Source of the DNA: Sphingobacteriales bacterium | GTDB lineage: Bacteria > Bacteroidota > Bacteroidia > Chitinophagales > JADIYW01 | Direction: 5' to 3' | NCBI GenBank assembly: GCA_016719635.1 | Contig: JADJYT010000001.1 | Coordinates: forward strand, 641,205 to 705,204 | Length of the DNA stretch: 64,000 bases | Shown here: positions 9,641 through 19,803 of the stretch, one piece after another | Layout: every line of letters begins with the position of its first letter | Numbering within the stretch: position 1 is the first letter of the stretch | Position numbers and translations under genes: made by a program | The notes under the pieces: generated by a model | Told to the model about the DNA's origin: nothing | Databases searched by the model: none | Seen by the model: only the letters and a program-made list of their open reading frames with translations

Positions 9641-9984
9641 AGGGGTGACGGGATAGCCAAATCCGATTTTTGCATAAAAGAACTGATTTTTCTCCGGCTT
9701 TTTTCCGGCTGATTTAATCGGTTTAATTTCTTCCGGCTGGTAATCAATTTTGCCTTTACATCCGAATACAGATAGGTTTGCGCATCCGGTTTTGTTTTCA
9801 CGATATTGGGAAGATTAGGCGCAAAAGGTACTTTGTTGGATAAAATCAATATGGGCTCATAGGCCTTGACGATGGAAACCTCATCCAGTTGAGGGAGCGT
9901 ATCTGTATTGTTTTGGGCGTTCACGGTGCTGAATGCGAAGAGCGAAATGCAAAAAGCTGGAATTGTATATTTTGAATGCTTCAT
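9634..9984 (-). CDS. signal-peptide-bearing N-terminal fragment belonging to the 8306..9640 gene
   Basis: MKHSKYTIPAFCISLFAFSTVNAQ signal peptide. The tail (KKLNRLNQPEKSRRKISSFMQKSDLAIPSPLC) looks out of frame. It overlaps the downstream ORF in another frame. Confidence 0.5.
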   Translation of the reverse strand: MKHSKYTIPAFCISLFAFSTVNAQNNTDTLPQLDEVSIVKAYEPILILSNKVPFAPNLPNIVKTKPDAQTYLYSDVKAKLITSRKKLNRLNQPEKSRRKISSFMQKSDLAIPSPLC

Positions 9985-10010
9985 CTGTTTTTCTTTTGGG
10001 TATTCATTAA

Positions 10011-13000
10011 TTATTTGCCGTTTTCAAACTGCATCTCCGTTCCGTTATCTTTTAATTTGAGGTTACTGCCTTCCATTTCCTTTTGCTGGATGGCTTCCAG
10101 TTTTTGTTTTGCCTCGGCCGTTACATCATCCTCCTGCGAGTAATTATCCAGCAGATTCTGCAAGGTTGCCTTTGCCTGAAGCAGTTTCTTATCTTCCAGA
10201 TAAATATCGCTCAGCAAAATAAACGTCTTACCGAGATAGTATTCATACGAAGGAAATTTATCCAGATAGTCGTTGCATTCTTTCTCAGCCTGTTTGTTAT
10301 TTTTCTTCAAGTAATACATCTTCGCCAACGTATATTTGGACTCTGCGGCCTGCTCATTGTTGGCATTTTTGGTTACATACTCCAGCTCTTTCTGAGACTT
10401 ATCATAATCCTTTAAGCTGAACAGGCTCATCCCTTTATAGTAAGCCATCTCCGCTTTATAAAATTCCGGAAGACCTTGCAAAACGGACACTTTTACGATG
10501 TTATCCAGACATTCCTGATACTTTTTCATAAAGAAAGATGTCCTCATCAGCCCAATCTGACATTCCCGCTTATTTTCATCCAATGTCGCTATCGACTGCA
10601 ACTTGCCATAGAGTTCATAGGAACGCACATAATTTCTTAAATCATAATAATTGATGTTGGCGGCACGAGCCGTAGCACGTTCCGTAAAACGGTTCTGCGA
10701 CTGATTGATAACGTACTCATACCCTTTCAGCGCATTCGGGAAATCCTGCTTGGTAAATAAACATTCTGACCTGTAAAAATTGGCCTGTAAGGCAAAGAAT
10801 CCTTTTGGGAATTGTGTTACATAATCTGTGAATCCCTGTAATGCCTTATCCATATTTCCTTTAAAAAACTGGTTTTCCGCCGCTAAATAAACAATGGAAT
10901 CCTGTTCTGTAGCCGTCACTTTGGAACCCGGATATTTGTTTGCAAAAGTTATATATCCGGACGGATCGCCTTTGGCAATATAGATTTCCTTGATTGCCAG
11001 CATCGCCTCGTTGGAAGCCGGTGTTGCCGGATAGTTTTGCACCACTTTCTGATACCACCTTAACGATTCGTCGTAATTATCCCTATTGAAATAAATCAAC
11101 CCCAGTTTCAGATAAGCTTCGGGAATCAAATCAGATTTCGGGTTTTTCTGCATCAGCGATTTATACGTCTCGATGGCATCATTGTCATTATCCAACGCCA
11201 GGTAGGTATTTCCCGTTTGCATAATGGCATCGTCCGCAAATGCCGAATTCGGGAAACGCACCACCAGCGCCTTCATACCTGCAATCTTATCTGTATATTT
11301 TCCGCCTAGTCCGTCGATAATGGATTTTTGATACAGGGCATAATCAGCACCCTGCGCATTGGCCCGGATGATCTCATCATAATACTGGGCGGAAGATTTA
11401 TACTGTTTCAGCATAAAATAACCATCTGCCAGGCGAATCACCGCATCCGGATAGACCTGCTGTTTATTGGAACTGTTGATGTCATTTTTGAGTGTGGCAA
11501 TCGCTTTTGAAAAATAACTGTTGGAATTGGTGTAATCCTTTTTCTTGAAATAATTATACCCCTGCAGATAATTGCCTGTTCCTTCGTTGACCTTTTCCGA
11601 ATGTTCCGGTTTTACGGATGAAGCAATGGGTAAAAATTTATTCAGCCAGCCGATAGATTTATCCAACTCACCTCTCTGGTGCGCCATGTCCGCTTTCCAG
11701 TAATAACAAAGGGCTTCAATGCTTTTGCTGTTTGGATGCTTAAGGGATTTATCAAAAAATGTTTCCGCATTGTCGAACTTATAATCGTTGTAATTCTCGA
11801 CAGCTCTGTAATATGCCATTTTTTGATAGGCATCCAGCAGTTTGGTGCTTTTAGCCGGTAAATTATCAATGATGCTCATCGCCTCTTCGTAGTTCCGCGT
11901 CATCAGAAACAAATCCGCCAGCAACTCATTGGCTTCAAGCAGGTATTTTGATTTCGGATAGGCCTGTATGAAATTTTTCAGCGATACAAGCGCATCATTG
12001 GTATATTCCAGTTCGTACGATAATTTGGCGTATTGGAACCAAGCCTCTTCCTGGATATTTTTATCAAAACTCATTCTCGCGGCCTGCAGGAAAGCTGTTC
12101 GAGCATCCGCTTTGTTTCCTGACTTCTCGTAGCATTGCCCCAGCAGGAACATCGCATTCTGCCCCAACGCATTTTGCAGCGGTGACAGTTCTACCAGATT
12201 GGCGATTGCCTTATCACATTTTCCTTTCTGTGCCTGCACGTACCCCAAAGCATAATAATCTTCGGGCATTACCTTTACCGCATTTTGTGTATATTTTTCT
12301 AAATAAAACAATGCTTTATCATAATCTTTCAGTTCGTAATAGGAACTTCCCAGCAAATGATGGATTTCATTCTGGTAACTTATATTTTCCTTTAACTTCG
12401 GTTCTGCATAATCCACCACCCCCTTGTAATCCTTATTGATGAATTTTACAGAGGCGATGTAATACGGAACGATTTTGCCGTATTTCTTCGATAACTCCAG
12501 TTGCTGAAAGCTTTTGTAAGCCGCGTTATAATCTTTCAGATAATAACTGGACAAGCCTGAATAATAATACCCTTCTTCATTGTATGGATGTTTTTTATCA
12601 CTGGCAATCAGGTTAAAATACATGCGGGACTGGCTGAATTTTTTCAGGGCAAAATAGGCGAAGGCCCTTTTGTACTGAAATTCCGTAACATCCCTGCCTG
12701 TCAGCGCCTTTTCATCCACTTTATCAAAAAAGACAATAGCATCCGTATAATTTGCTTTTGCATAGGCTAAATCACCGAGATGAAAGTAGGCGTTGTTTGT
12801 TTTGGGATGTCCTTTAAAATTATCCGCAAAATACTGCAAATCCTTTTCCGCTTCCGGAGATGCGGTTTCCTTTTCACACAGTGCTTTCAGATAAATGGCA
12901 TCCGCATAGATGAGACTGGATTTATCTAACGTTTTATTCTCATATTTCTGAATGAAATCATGGAGCAAAGGCTGGGCAACTGCATACTTCCCGAGATTAA

Positions 13001-13118
13001 CCAACTCCTCCGCTTCTTTATAGGATTTCAGGATATCAATTTGCTTAAAGGTAGCCTGTGTATAAGACTGTACAATAAATAAAAATGAAAAAATGGAAAC
13101 CGAAACTATTTTCCGCAT
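10011..13118 (-). CDS. large exported tetratricopeptide-repeat (TPR) protein
   Basis: 1035 aa. Signal peptide MRKIVSVSIFSFLFIVQSYTQA, then many 34-aa A/Y/L-patterned repeats throughout (e.g. YFHLGDLAYAKANYTDAIVFFDKV). Confidence 0.8.
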   Translation of the reverse strand: MRKIVSVSIFSFLFIVQSYTQATFKQIDILKSYKEAEELVNLGKYAVAQPLLHDFIQKYENKTLDKSSLIYADAIYLKALCEKETASPEAEKDLQYFADNFKGHPKTNNAYFHLGDLAYAKANYTDAIVFFDKVDEKALTGRDVTEFQYKRAFAYFALKKFSQSRMYFNLIASDKKHPYNEEGYYYSGLSSYYLKDYNAAYKSFQQLELSKKYGKIVPYYIASVKFINKDYKGVVDYAEPKLKENISYQNEIHHLLGSSYYELKDYDKALFYLEKYTQNAVKVMPEDYYALGYVQAQKGKCDKAIANLVELSPLQNALGQNAMFLLGQCYEKSGNKADARTAFLQAARMSFDKNIQEEAWFQYAKLSYELEYTNDALVSLKNFIQAYPKSKYLLEANELLADLFLMTRNYEEAMSIIDNLPAKSTKLLDAYQKMAYYRAVENYNDYKFDNAETFFDKSLKHPNSKSIEALCYYWKADMAHQRGELDKSIGWLNKFLPIASSVKPEHSEKVNEGTGNYLQGYNYFKKKDYTNSNSYFSKAIATLKNDINSSNKQQVYPDAVIRLADGYFMLKQYKSSAQYYDEIIRANAQGADYALYQKSIIDGLGGKYTDKIAGMKALVVRFPNSAFADDAIMQTGNTYLALDNDNDAIETYKSLMQKNPKSDLIPEAYLKLGLIYFNRDNYDESLRWYQKVVQNYPATPASNEAMLAIKEIYIAKGDPSGYITFANKYPGSKVTATEQDSIVYLAAENQFFKGNMDKALQGFTDYVTQFPKGFFALQANFYRSECLFTKQDFPNALKGYEYVINQSQNRFTERATARAANINYYDLRNYVRSYELYGKLQSIATLDENKRECQIGLMRTSFFMKKYQECLDNIVKVSVLQGLPEFYKAEMAYYKGMSLFSLKDYDKSQKELEYVTKNANNEQAAESKYTLAKMYYLKKNNKQAEKECNDYLDKFPSYEYYLGKTFILLSDIYLEDKKLLQAKATLQNLLDNYSQEDDVTAEAKQKLEAIQQKEMEGSNLKLKDNGTEMQFENGK

Positions 13119-13157
13119 AAAGAATATTTATTTATGAATGATAACGAATAAAATCAA

Positions 13158-13188
13158 AAATTATTCCAATCTAAAGTTGGAATAATTT
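13158..13188 (-). terminator. putative terminator after the 13275..13763 gene
   Basis: A 12-bp perfect stem, aaattattccaa / ttggaataattt, with a 7-nt loop. On the minus strand it is followed by TTGATTTTATT. Confidence 0.45.
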
Positions 13189-13274
13189 TAAGTGCAAAAA
13201 AACGCAAGGTTATGCACTCTTGTTGAATAATTAAAAAACTTTGAATGCAGGCAGGATGACCTGGCAGTAAACTG

Positions 13275-13763
13275 TTACTCCTCCTTATGATGTTCAAATA
13301 AACCTTTAGTCGCCTTGGTTATTTTTCTGAAATTGTGTGAGATAAGCAGTCCTTCATCCATCTCTTCCTTTTTCAGTTCCTGTATGGAATCCAGCTCAAT
13401 ATTTAATGAGTGTACGGAAATCCAGATTTCACGGGCTGCCAGCAACATGGAATAGACTAAAAACAGTAAACTCAGGCCAAACAACACAAACCCTATCTTT
13501 TGTTCTTCAATATAGATAAAGATAATGGTGACCACGCTCAGAATCAGAGAGGTGATGCCTGCAAACTGCATATTCCTGATAAGCAATACCCTCGTTCTTA
13601 AATTGGAGATTTGTTTCAAGATTCCCTCATCTTTCGTTTCATCAAAACGGGTCTTTAAATTTCGAATAAGATTGGAAATGGCCACAAACCGAGTTGTATA
13701 GGCTACATACAATAAAGAAACCGTAGAAAACAGGATGGCCGGTGTGGTGAGAGTAATTTCCAT
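13275..13763 (-). CDS. small integral membrane protein, DUF2721-like
   Basis: MEITLTTPAILFSTVSLLYVAYTTRFVAISNLIRNL... with about 3 TM helices. I prefer ATG 13763 over the TTG at 13778. Confidence 0.55.
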   Translation of the reverse strand: MEITLTTPAILFSTVSLLYVAYTTRFVAISNLIRNLKTRFDETKDEGILKQISNLRTRVLLIRNMQFAGITSLILSVVTIIFIYIEEQKIGFVLFGLSLLFLVYSMLLAAREIWISVHSLNIELDSIQELKKEEMDEGLLISHNFRKITKATKGLFEHHKEE

Positions 13764-13828
13764 AACAGCATAACACAAACAATTAAGAATTAGTTCTTAG
13801 AATAAAAGAGAGGCAATACGTACCGTTC

Positions 13829-14323
13829 TTACGAAGATGGTTGCAACAGATTTTCCTCACTGACGATGACTCCATCCTCATCACTGTATACGTATTGTCC
13901 GGGTTCAAAGCCGACATTGGCGAAGTTTACGGGTTCATTGACAATTCCGGGATAGCGTTTATGAGATTTAGTCGGGTTGGTATTCAACGCCTTCACGCCT
14001 ATTTCCATTCCATTCACCACGGCTGAATCCCGGATACAGCCATTAATAATGACACCTTCCCATCCATTCTTGACGGCAGCAGATGCAATTAAATCCCCCA
14101 GCAAGGCACACCTCAATGAACCTCCGCCGTCTACGACCAATACTTTCCCTTTTCCATTTTCGTTGCGCAGCATTTCTCCTACCGGGGTATTGTCTTCATG
14201 ACACTTTACGGTCACAATTTCTCCGTAAAATTTTTTCTTTAATCCATAAGAATGAAAAAGTGGCATGGCGACCTGCACCTTTCCTTCATGCGCATCATAC
14301 AAATCGGCCGTTGAAAAACTCAT
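13829..14323 (-). CDS. rraA: RraA family protein (RNase E regulator / 4-hydroxy-4-methyl-2-oxoglutarate aldolase fold)
   Basis: 164 aa. TADLYDAH..., VLVVDGGGSLRCALLGDLIASAAVKNGWEGVIINGCIRD is the family core. Confidence 0.8.
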   Translation of the reverse strand: MSFSTADLYDAHEGKVQVAMPLFHSYGLKKKFYGEIVTVKCHEDNTPVGEMLRNENGKGKVLVVDGGGSLRCALLGDLIASAAVKNGWEGVIINGCIRDSAVVNGMEIGVKALNTNPTKSHKRYPGIVNEPVNFANVGFEPGQYVYSDEDGVIVSEENLLQPSS

Positions 14324-14389
14324 ATGCTTATAATTTAAGTATGAAATTACAATTTTAACACAAAAAATCCTATTTCAACAAGTAAATAC

Positions 14390-14397
14390 TAAATTTG
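14390..14397 (+). promoter_or_regulatory. candidate -7 box (TAAATTTG), 4 nt before the ATG
   Basis: Exact match to TAnnTTTG. The G at 14397 is only 4 nt from ATG 14402. No clear -33 TTG. Confidence 0.3.
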
Positions 14398-14401
14398 TCA
14401 C

Positions 14402-15328
14402 ATGAGCAAACAATGTGCCTCCCATTTAATGATGGTTCGTCCTGCAAGTTTTCAGTTTAATGCAGAAACGGCGTTATCCAATGCCTTTCAGAAAAAATTG
14501 GATTCGCTCACACCAGCTCAGATTAATCGGAAGGCCATTGAAGAATTTGACAATTATGTGGCTAAATTGAGAGCCAATCAAATGGATGTGCTGGTTATAG
14601 AAGATACGCCGGAGCCACCCAAACCGGACGCTATATTTCCAAACAACTGGATCAGTATGCACCGAAGCGGGCTGATATGTCTGTACCCGATGTGCACACC
14701 CAACCGACGATTGGAGATGCGCAAAGACATCCTCAAGATACTGAAACAAAATTTCGTGGTCAAGAATATCAAAGATATGAGTGGTTATTCCAAAGACAAC
14801 TTATTTCTGGAAGGTACCGGCAGCATTATTCTTGACAAGATCAACAAAGTGGCTTATGCCTGCCTCTCACCCAGAACGGATAGTGACCTGTTCAACGTTC
14901 ATTGCCATTCACTCGGGTATGAACCCGTCTCTTTTAGCAGTTATGATTCCAACAACACATTGGTTTACCACACCAATGTGATGCTTACTGTCGGAGACGG
15001 ATTTGCCGTCATCTGCCTGAAAAGTATCAAAAGCTTGACGGAACGAAAATATGTAAGGGAAAAATTAAAAAATACCGGACATGAATTGATTGAAATCAGT
15101 TTTGAGCAGATGAATGCATTTGCCGGAAACATGCTTCAGGTAGAAAACAAGGACGGAAAAACATTTTTAATCCTGTCTGAAACCGCATTCCATAGTTTAA
15201 ACAATCGCCAAATTTCCAAAATTGAAAAATACACCACGATTTTACCCGTTTCCATACCAACCATTGAAACCATCGGAGGCGGCAGTGCCAGGTGTATGAT
15301 TGCCGAAATCTTTCTGAGCGAAAAATAA
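14402..15328 (+). CDS. amidinotransferase-fold hydrolase, CtlX (citrulline utilisation)/DDAH-like
   Basis: 308 aa. LMMVRPASFQFNAET at the N-terminus and a C-terminal catalytic-Cys motif GGGSARCMIAEIF. Confidence 0.65.
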   Translation: MSKQCASHLMMVRPASFQFNAETALSNAFQKKLDSLTPAQINRKAIEEFDNYVAKLRANQMDVLVIEDTPEPPKPDAIFPNNWISMHRSGLICLYPMCTPNRRLEMRKDILKILKQNFVVKNIKDMSGYSKDNLFLEGTGSIILDKINKVAYACLSPRTDSDLFNVHCHSLGYEPVSFSSYDSNNTLVYHTNVMLTVGDGFAVICLKSIKSLTERKYVREKLKNTGHELIEISFEQMNAFAGNMLQVENKDGKTFLILSETAFHSLNNRQISKIEKYTTILPVSIPTIETIGGGSARCMIAEIFLSEK

Positions 15329-15361
15329 TTATACTGACTTTGAATTAATAAACAAACCTGA

Positions 15362-16120
15362 ATGCGCCTTCTTCTTTTCTCTGTTATTGCATGGACAATT
15401 ATTGAAACTCATTGTTTCGCTCAGTCAGCAGCCGGTACCCCGACAATTGCTATTTCGGTAAAGAAAGACAGTATCCTACCCATAGACGCTGATACATTGG
15501 AACATACCATATCTGCTACATCAATTGGGCATGATAAAACAACGCTGCTAAAAAGATTCCCTCCCTACCGTGATTCCTTTACAGAAAAAATGGTGCTTCG
15601 CAACCAGAATGCGTCTTTTGGACAAAAATTCCTCAGGAGCAGCGGGATGGTTTTCGGAATACAGGTGACCACGTTCTGCCTCCTGCTTGCACTGCCTGAA
15701 CGCTTCAGTAACTGGGAAAAAAATGGTTTGAAGGAATACCGGCAAAATTTCAGGGATGCCCTTACCAAACCTCCGGTAATAGATAATGACAGCTGGGTAA
15801 TCAATTATATAGGCCATCCTTATCAGGGCTCCTATTATTATAACTCCACCCGTTCACAAGGTGCCAAAGTTTGGCAGGCAGCATTGGTATGCATCGGACA
15901 TTCCCTGCTTTGGGAATATACCATAGAGGCAGGCTTTGAGCGTCCCAGCGTACAGGATATGATTGTTACGCCAGCAGCCGGTATTTTACTGGGAGAATTG
16001 TTTCATTTTGCAGCTGTTAGAATGAGTAAGAATGGGTTTAAATGGTATGAAGCGGCTTTTGTCAGCATCTTCAATCCGATGTATGCCATCAATAACGGTT
16101 TCAGATTTGCAAAAAAATAA
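15362..16120 (+). CDS. exported protein, DUF3943-like
   Basis: Signal peptide MRLLLFSVIAWTIIETHCFAQ and a core DSWVINYIGHPYQGSYYYNSTRSQG. Confidence 0.5.
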   Translation: MRLLLFSVIAWTIIETHCFAQSAAGTPTIAISVKKDSILPIDADTLEHTISATSIGHDKTTLLKRFPPYRDSFTEKMVLRNQNASFGQKFLRSSGMVFGIQVTTFCLLLALPERFSNWEKNGLKEYRQNFRDALTKPPVIDNDSWVINYIGHPYQGSYYYNSTRSQGAKVWQAALVCIGHSLLWEYTIEAGFERPSVQDMIVTPAAGILLGELFHFAAVRMSKNGFKWYEAAFVSIFNPMYAINNGFRFAKK

Positions 16121-16152
16121 TTTGCACATATTCATTCCTTTGTGTATATTTG
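16121..16152 (+). promoter_or_regulatory. candidate Bacteroidota sigma-A promoter for the 16250 gene
   Basis: TTTG (16121-24), a 20-nt spacer, then TATATTTG (16145-52), matching the -33/-7 consensus. Confidence 0.4.
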
Positions 16153-16249
16153 CTATACATAAAACCCGCGCCATCACCTACTTACTTTTTTTAAGATGAG
16201 TTTTGCACGGTTTTTATGTAAAAACCCATACTATACCAACTTATAGTAA

Positions 16250-18433
16250 ATGAGAGAAACGTACACCCTGATCCTTGCTCCTGTGGCAAAAATTTTTCGC
16301 ATAATCTATTCTGTGATTTATGACATGTGCCTATTTGGGCGCCCAATATTAATGGGATTTGCAGCCCTTATAATACATCAACATGCATCTGCTCAATGTA
16401 TGACTTATAGCATACCCATAACCCAACGCATTGAAAACAGCCGGTATATCGTAAAAGGAAAAGTATACAAACAAATGACCTATAAGGATTCTAAAGGGAA
16501 TATTTACACCCTGAATGTATTGGATGTTTCTAGGATGCTGAAGGGCAATACCTCTGTCCATGAAATTGGCATCATTACGTTAGGCGGAGAGTTCGGTCAT
16601 GAAATGCAGTTATCCTATCCATCTCTGCAGTTAAATACCGAAAAAGAATATCTCTTTTTTGTAGAAGACGATAACCATACCATTGACCATAAAGAAATCA
16701 GGTCACTCTACCCCTCCATGATACAATCGAACGTGTATGCAGAATCACAGGGGGCCTTACCTTATGAAAATGGTTATTATCAGGATGCCGCGGGGAAACA
16801 TGAGTATATTGAAGAAAAATCCCTTTTTGATTTAATTCAAAAATCAGATACCGGGAATATAGTGACTACAACAATACAGCCGGTCAGAAGATTGGGTCAA
16901 AATAGCTCTATAGCCAATGCCGCCGTTATCACTTCCGTTTCACCGAACGTCACTAAAGCAGGTACCGTTGCCGCAGGAGATTATATCACCATCACAGGAT
17001 CAGGATTTGGAGCAACGCAAGGCGCCAATCATGTCAGTTTCCTGAATGCAGATGACGGTGGTGCCAGCTGGATTAATCCTATCGCTTCGGATTATCTTTC
17101 CTGGTCAGACGGCAGCATTACGGTAAAAGTACCCGAACGTGCAGGCAGCGGGAATATTAATGTTGCCGGTTCACTGTCTGCTTCACCTATTTCTGTCGGG
17201 TATGCTCATTCTGCCATCAGTTCTACTTTCAGCGGATTTGGTTCCAGTACAAGGCAGCGATACTACCTGCGTGATAAAAATGGCAGTGGCGGTTATACGT
17301 TTTCACTGAATTCCACTTCCGGATTTTCCGCCAATGCAACAGCAGTCAATACATTACAGGATGCTATGGATACCTGGACATGTAACACATCCATTAACTG
17401 GATTCTTGGTTCTAGCACCACCACCGGATTTGGTAATGACGGCGAAAATGTCGTATTATTTGACAATACACTGCCTGCAGGCGTTCTGGGAAGATTGACC
17501 AGCAGATTTTCAGCGAGTTCGACTGGTGCCTGCAATACCACCAATACCGTCTGGTGGGTCAATGAACTGGATTTACAAGTCAGGCCGGACCCTCCTACCG
17601 CAGGAACATCATGGGAATACGGTCCCAGCTCACCAATTTCCACAGAATATGACATGGAAACGCTTTTGCTGCATGAACTGGGACACGCTCACGGGCTGGG
17701 GCATCGAATTGCACCGGGACAGACGATGCATTACGCCATGAGCAACGGGTCATCTGCCCGAAGTTTGGACACCAACGAAATCAGGGCCGGTCAGGAAAAA
17801 ATAGCCTATTCCATCGCATCTACCTGTTTTGACCCTTCAGGATCAGGCGGACCTATGGTTGCGTATAGCTGCTCATTTTTACTGCCTGTAGAACTGATTG
17901 TTTTTGAAGGGGAAAAAGTAAACTCAACCGTACTGCTTCACTGGGCAACGGCCAGCGAGCAAAATAACCAGCAGTTCATTATTGAAAGAAGCAAAGATGC
18001 CATTCATTTTGAACCTATAGGAACGATTGCCGGTGCAGGCAACTCAAACAGGATACTAAACTACACCTTTACCGACAATCAGACACTTGAAGGCATTTGC
18101 TATTACAGGCTCAGACAAAGGGACTTTGACGGTAAAATTTCCTATTCAAACATTATACGGATAATATTTGAACCGGAGCAAAATTTCATTATGCAAATCA
18201 ACCCGAATCCGGCGTTTGAAAATATCAATCTGTTGTTCAATTCTGCCAACAGGGAAGAAGGTTCTATCCATATATATGAGATAAGCGGAAAGCGTGTATT
18301 TTCAGAACAGTTTTCTTTTCAGGAAGGAATCAACAGAAGAGAAATAGATATCAGTAGTTTTGCAAAGGGTGTATATTTCATCGAAATTAACACCGGAGTA
18401 AAAAGTTACAGGAACAAGCTGGTAAAATACTAA
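16250..18433 (+). CDS. secreted metzincin-type zinc metalloprotease with IPT/TIG-like domain and T9SS C-terminal sorting domain
   Basis: HELGHAHGLGH matches the HExxHxxGxxH signature. An Ig-like segment reads ITSVSPNVTKAGTVAAGDYITITGSGFG. The C-terminus QINPNPAFENINLLF...GVYFIEINTGVKSYRNKLVKY is a T9SS type-A CTD. The start is uncertain (internal MCLFGRPILMGFAALIIHQHASAQ signal). Confidence 0.75.
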   Translation: MRETYTLILAPVAKIFRIIYSVIYDMCLFGRPILMGFAALIIHQHASAQCMTYSIPITQRIENSRYIVKGKVYKQMTYKDSKGNIYTLNVLDVSRMLKGNTSVHEIGIITLGGEFGHEMQLSYPSLQLNTEKEYLFFVEDDNHTIDHKEIRSLYPSMIQSNVYAESQGALPYENGYYQDAAGKHEYIEEKSLFDLIQKSDTGNIVTTTIQPVRRLGQNSSIANAAVITSVSPNVTKAGTVAAGDYITITGSGFGATQGANHVSFLNADDGGASWINPIASDYLSWSDGSITVKVPERAGSGNINVAGSLSASPISVGYAHSAISSTFSGFGSSTRQRYYLRDKNGSGGYTFSLNSTSGFSANATAVNTLQDAMDTWTCNTSINWILGSSTTTGFGNDGENVVLFDNTLPAGVLGRLTSRFSASSTGACNTTNTVWWVNELDLQVRPDPPTAGTSWEYGPSSPISTEYDMETLLLHELGHAHGLGHRIAPGQTMHYAMSNGSSARSLDTNEIRAGQEKIAYSIASTCFDPSGSGGPMVAYSCSFLLPVELIVFEGEKVNSTVLLHWATASEQNNQQFIIERSKDAIHFEPIGTIAGAGNSNRILNYTFTDNQTLEGICYYRLRQRDFDGKISYSNIIRIIFEPEQNFIMQINPNPAFENINLLFNSANREEGSIHIYEISGKRVFSEQFSFQEGINRREIDISSFAKGVYFIEINTGVKSYRNKLVKY

Positions 18434-18438
18434 TCTTA

Positions 18439-18975
18439 TTATTTAAAATTCTTCCACATCATGCTCTCCATAGGTTTGGGTGTTCGTTGGTTATATTTTG
18501 CGGATGATTTTTTGTTGTAGGCATTTTCAATTTCCCCCTGAACGACAAAATAGATGAGCTGCCCAACGGGCATGCCTGCATAAATCCGAACAGGCTGAAT
18601 ACAGGAAATTTCCAAGGTCCAGTGGTTGCAAAATCCGACATCTCCTTTACCGGCAGTCGCGTGAATATCAATCCCCAGCCTGCCCATAGAGGATTTGCCT
18701 TCCAGAAAAGGGACATGAGCATGGGTTTCCGTATATTCCTCGGTGGAACCAAGATACAAGACACCCGGTTCCAGGACGTAACCGTCTTCCGGTATCTCAA
18801 AATGATGTATGGTATTGTGTTTCCGAGCATCCAGCAGCTGAGTGTTGTAAGTGGCCAGGAATCTGCTCAAATGAACGTCATACGAATTGGTACCCAGACA
18901 CTCCGGGCGGTAAGGTTCAATCAGGATAGTGCCTTTTTGAATTTCCAGTAAAATCTCTTTGTCGGATAAAATCAT
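18439..18975 (-). CDS. dcd: dCTP deaminase
   Basis: MILSDKEILLEIQKGTILIEPY...GKSSMGRLGI... The size of 178 aa from ATG 18975 fits. The track adds 5 aa. Confidence 0.85.
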   Translation of the reverse strand: MILSDKEILLEIQKGTILIEPYRPECLGTNSYDVHLSRFLATYNTQLLDARKHNTIHHFEIPEDGYVLEPGVLYLGSTEEYTETHAHVPFLEGKSSMGRLGIDIHATAGKGDVGFCNHWTLEISCIQPVRIYAGMPVGQLIYFVVQGEIENAYNKKSSAKYNQRTPKPMESMMWKNFK

Positions 18976-19069
18976 GGAGCAAAAATACAAACGAAATAAT
19001 GAAACATTGAAATAATCTTAAAACCGGACGGACTATTTAGAGGCACCCTCCTGTTCACTCATTATTTGA

Positions 19070-19777
19070 TTAAACCAAATGATTCTCGACCAGCTTATAA
19101 CCCTGACCGTGTATATTCAGGATTTGCAGGCGCTCATCATCTTTCAAATATTTTCTGATTTTAGAAATAAAGACATCCATACTGCGGGCTGTGAAATAGC
19201 TGTCATCCTGCCATACATGTTTCAGCGCCAGTTCTCGTTCCAGTATCTGATTTTTCTTTTCAAAGAACAGGCGTAATAACTCATTCTCCTTGGTCGTCAG
19301 TTTGACCTCATTGCCTTTCACAAACAACTTATGGTTCTTGTAATCCAATTTGCAATCCCCTGCAAAGTATTCGTCCTGAGCCGTCTGAACTTCATGTTTT
19401 TCTGTCCTGCGCAGAATCGCGTTCATCTTCAACTCCAGGATTTCCATACTGAAAGGTTTCGTGATATAATCATCCGCTCCAAGTGTGAGCCCCTTAATCT
19501 TATCTTCCTTCAAAGATTTAGCCGTCAGGAAAATGATAGGAATATCTTTGTCATCTCGCCTGATTTCTTCCGCCACGGAAAATCCATCCTTCTTAGGCAT
19601 CATAACATCGAGCAGTATAATGTCGTATGAATTTTTCCGATAAGCAAATAAACCTTCCACACCATCTCGTTTCAATTCTACCTCAAAGTTTTTATGTTTT
19701 AAGTATTCCTGCAGCAACATGCCTAAGTTCGGGTCATCTTCTACAAGTAAAACTTTCTTTTTAATGGTTGTATTCAT
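19070..19777 (-). CDS. two-component response regulator, OmpR/PhoB winged-helix family
   Basis: Receiver domain (VLLVEDD, ILLDVMMPKKDG, LTAK) plus a C-terminal trans_reg_C-like domain (LTTKENELLRLF...YKLV). Confidence 0.9.
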   Translation of the reverse strand: MNTTIKKKVLLVEDDPNLGMLLQEYLKHKNFEVELKRDGVEGLFAYRKNSYDIILLDVMMPKKDGFSVAEEIRRDDKDIPIIFLTAKSLKEDKIKGLTLGADDYITKPFSMEILELKMNAILRRTEKHEVQTAQDEYFAGDCKLDYKNHKLFVKGNEVKLTTKENELLRLFFEKKNQILERELALKHVWQDDSYFTARSMDVFISKIRKYLKDDERLQILNIHGQGYKLVENHLV

Positions 19778-19803
19778 AATAGTGATTTTTTGGGTGAATA
19801 TTT

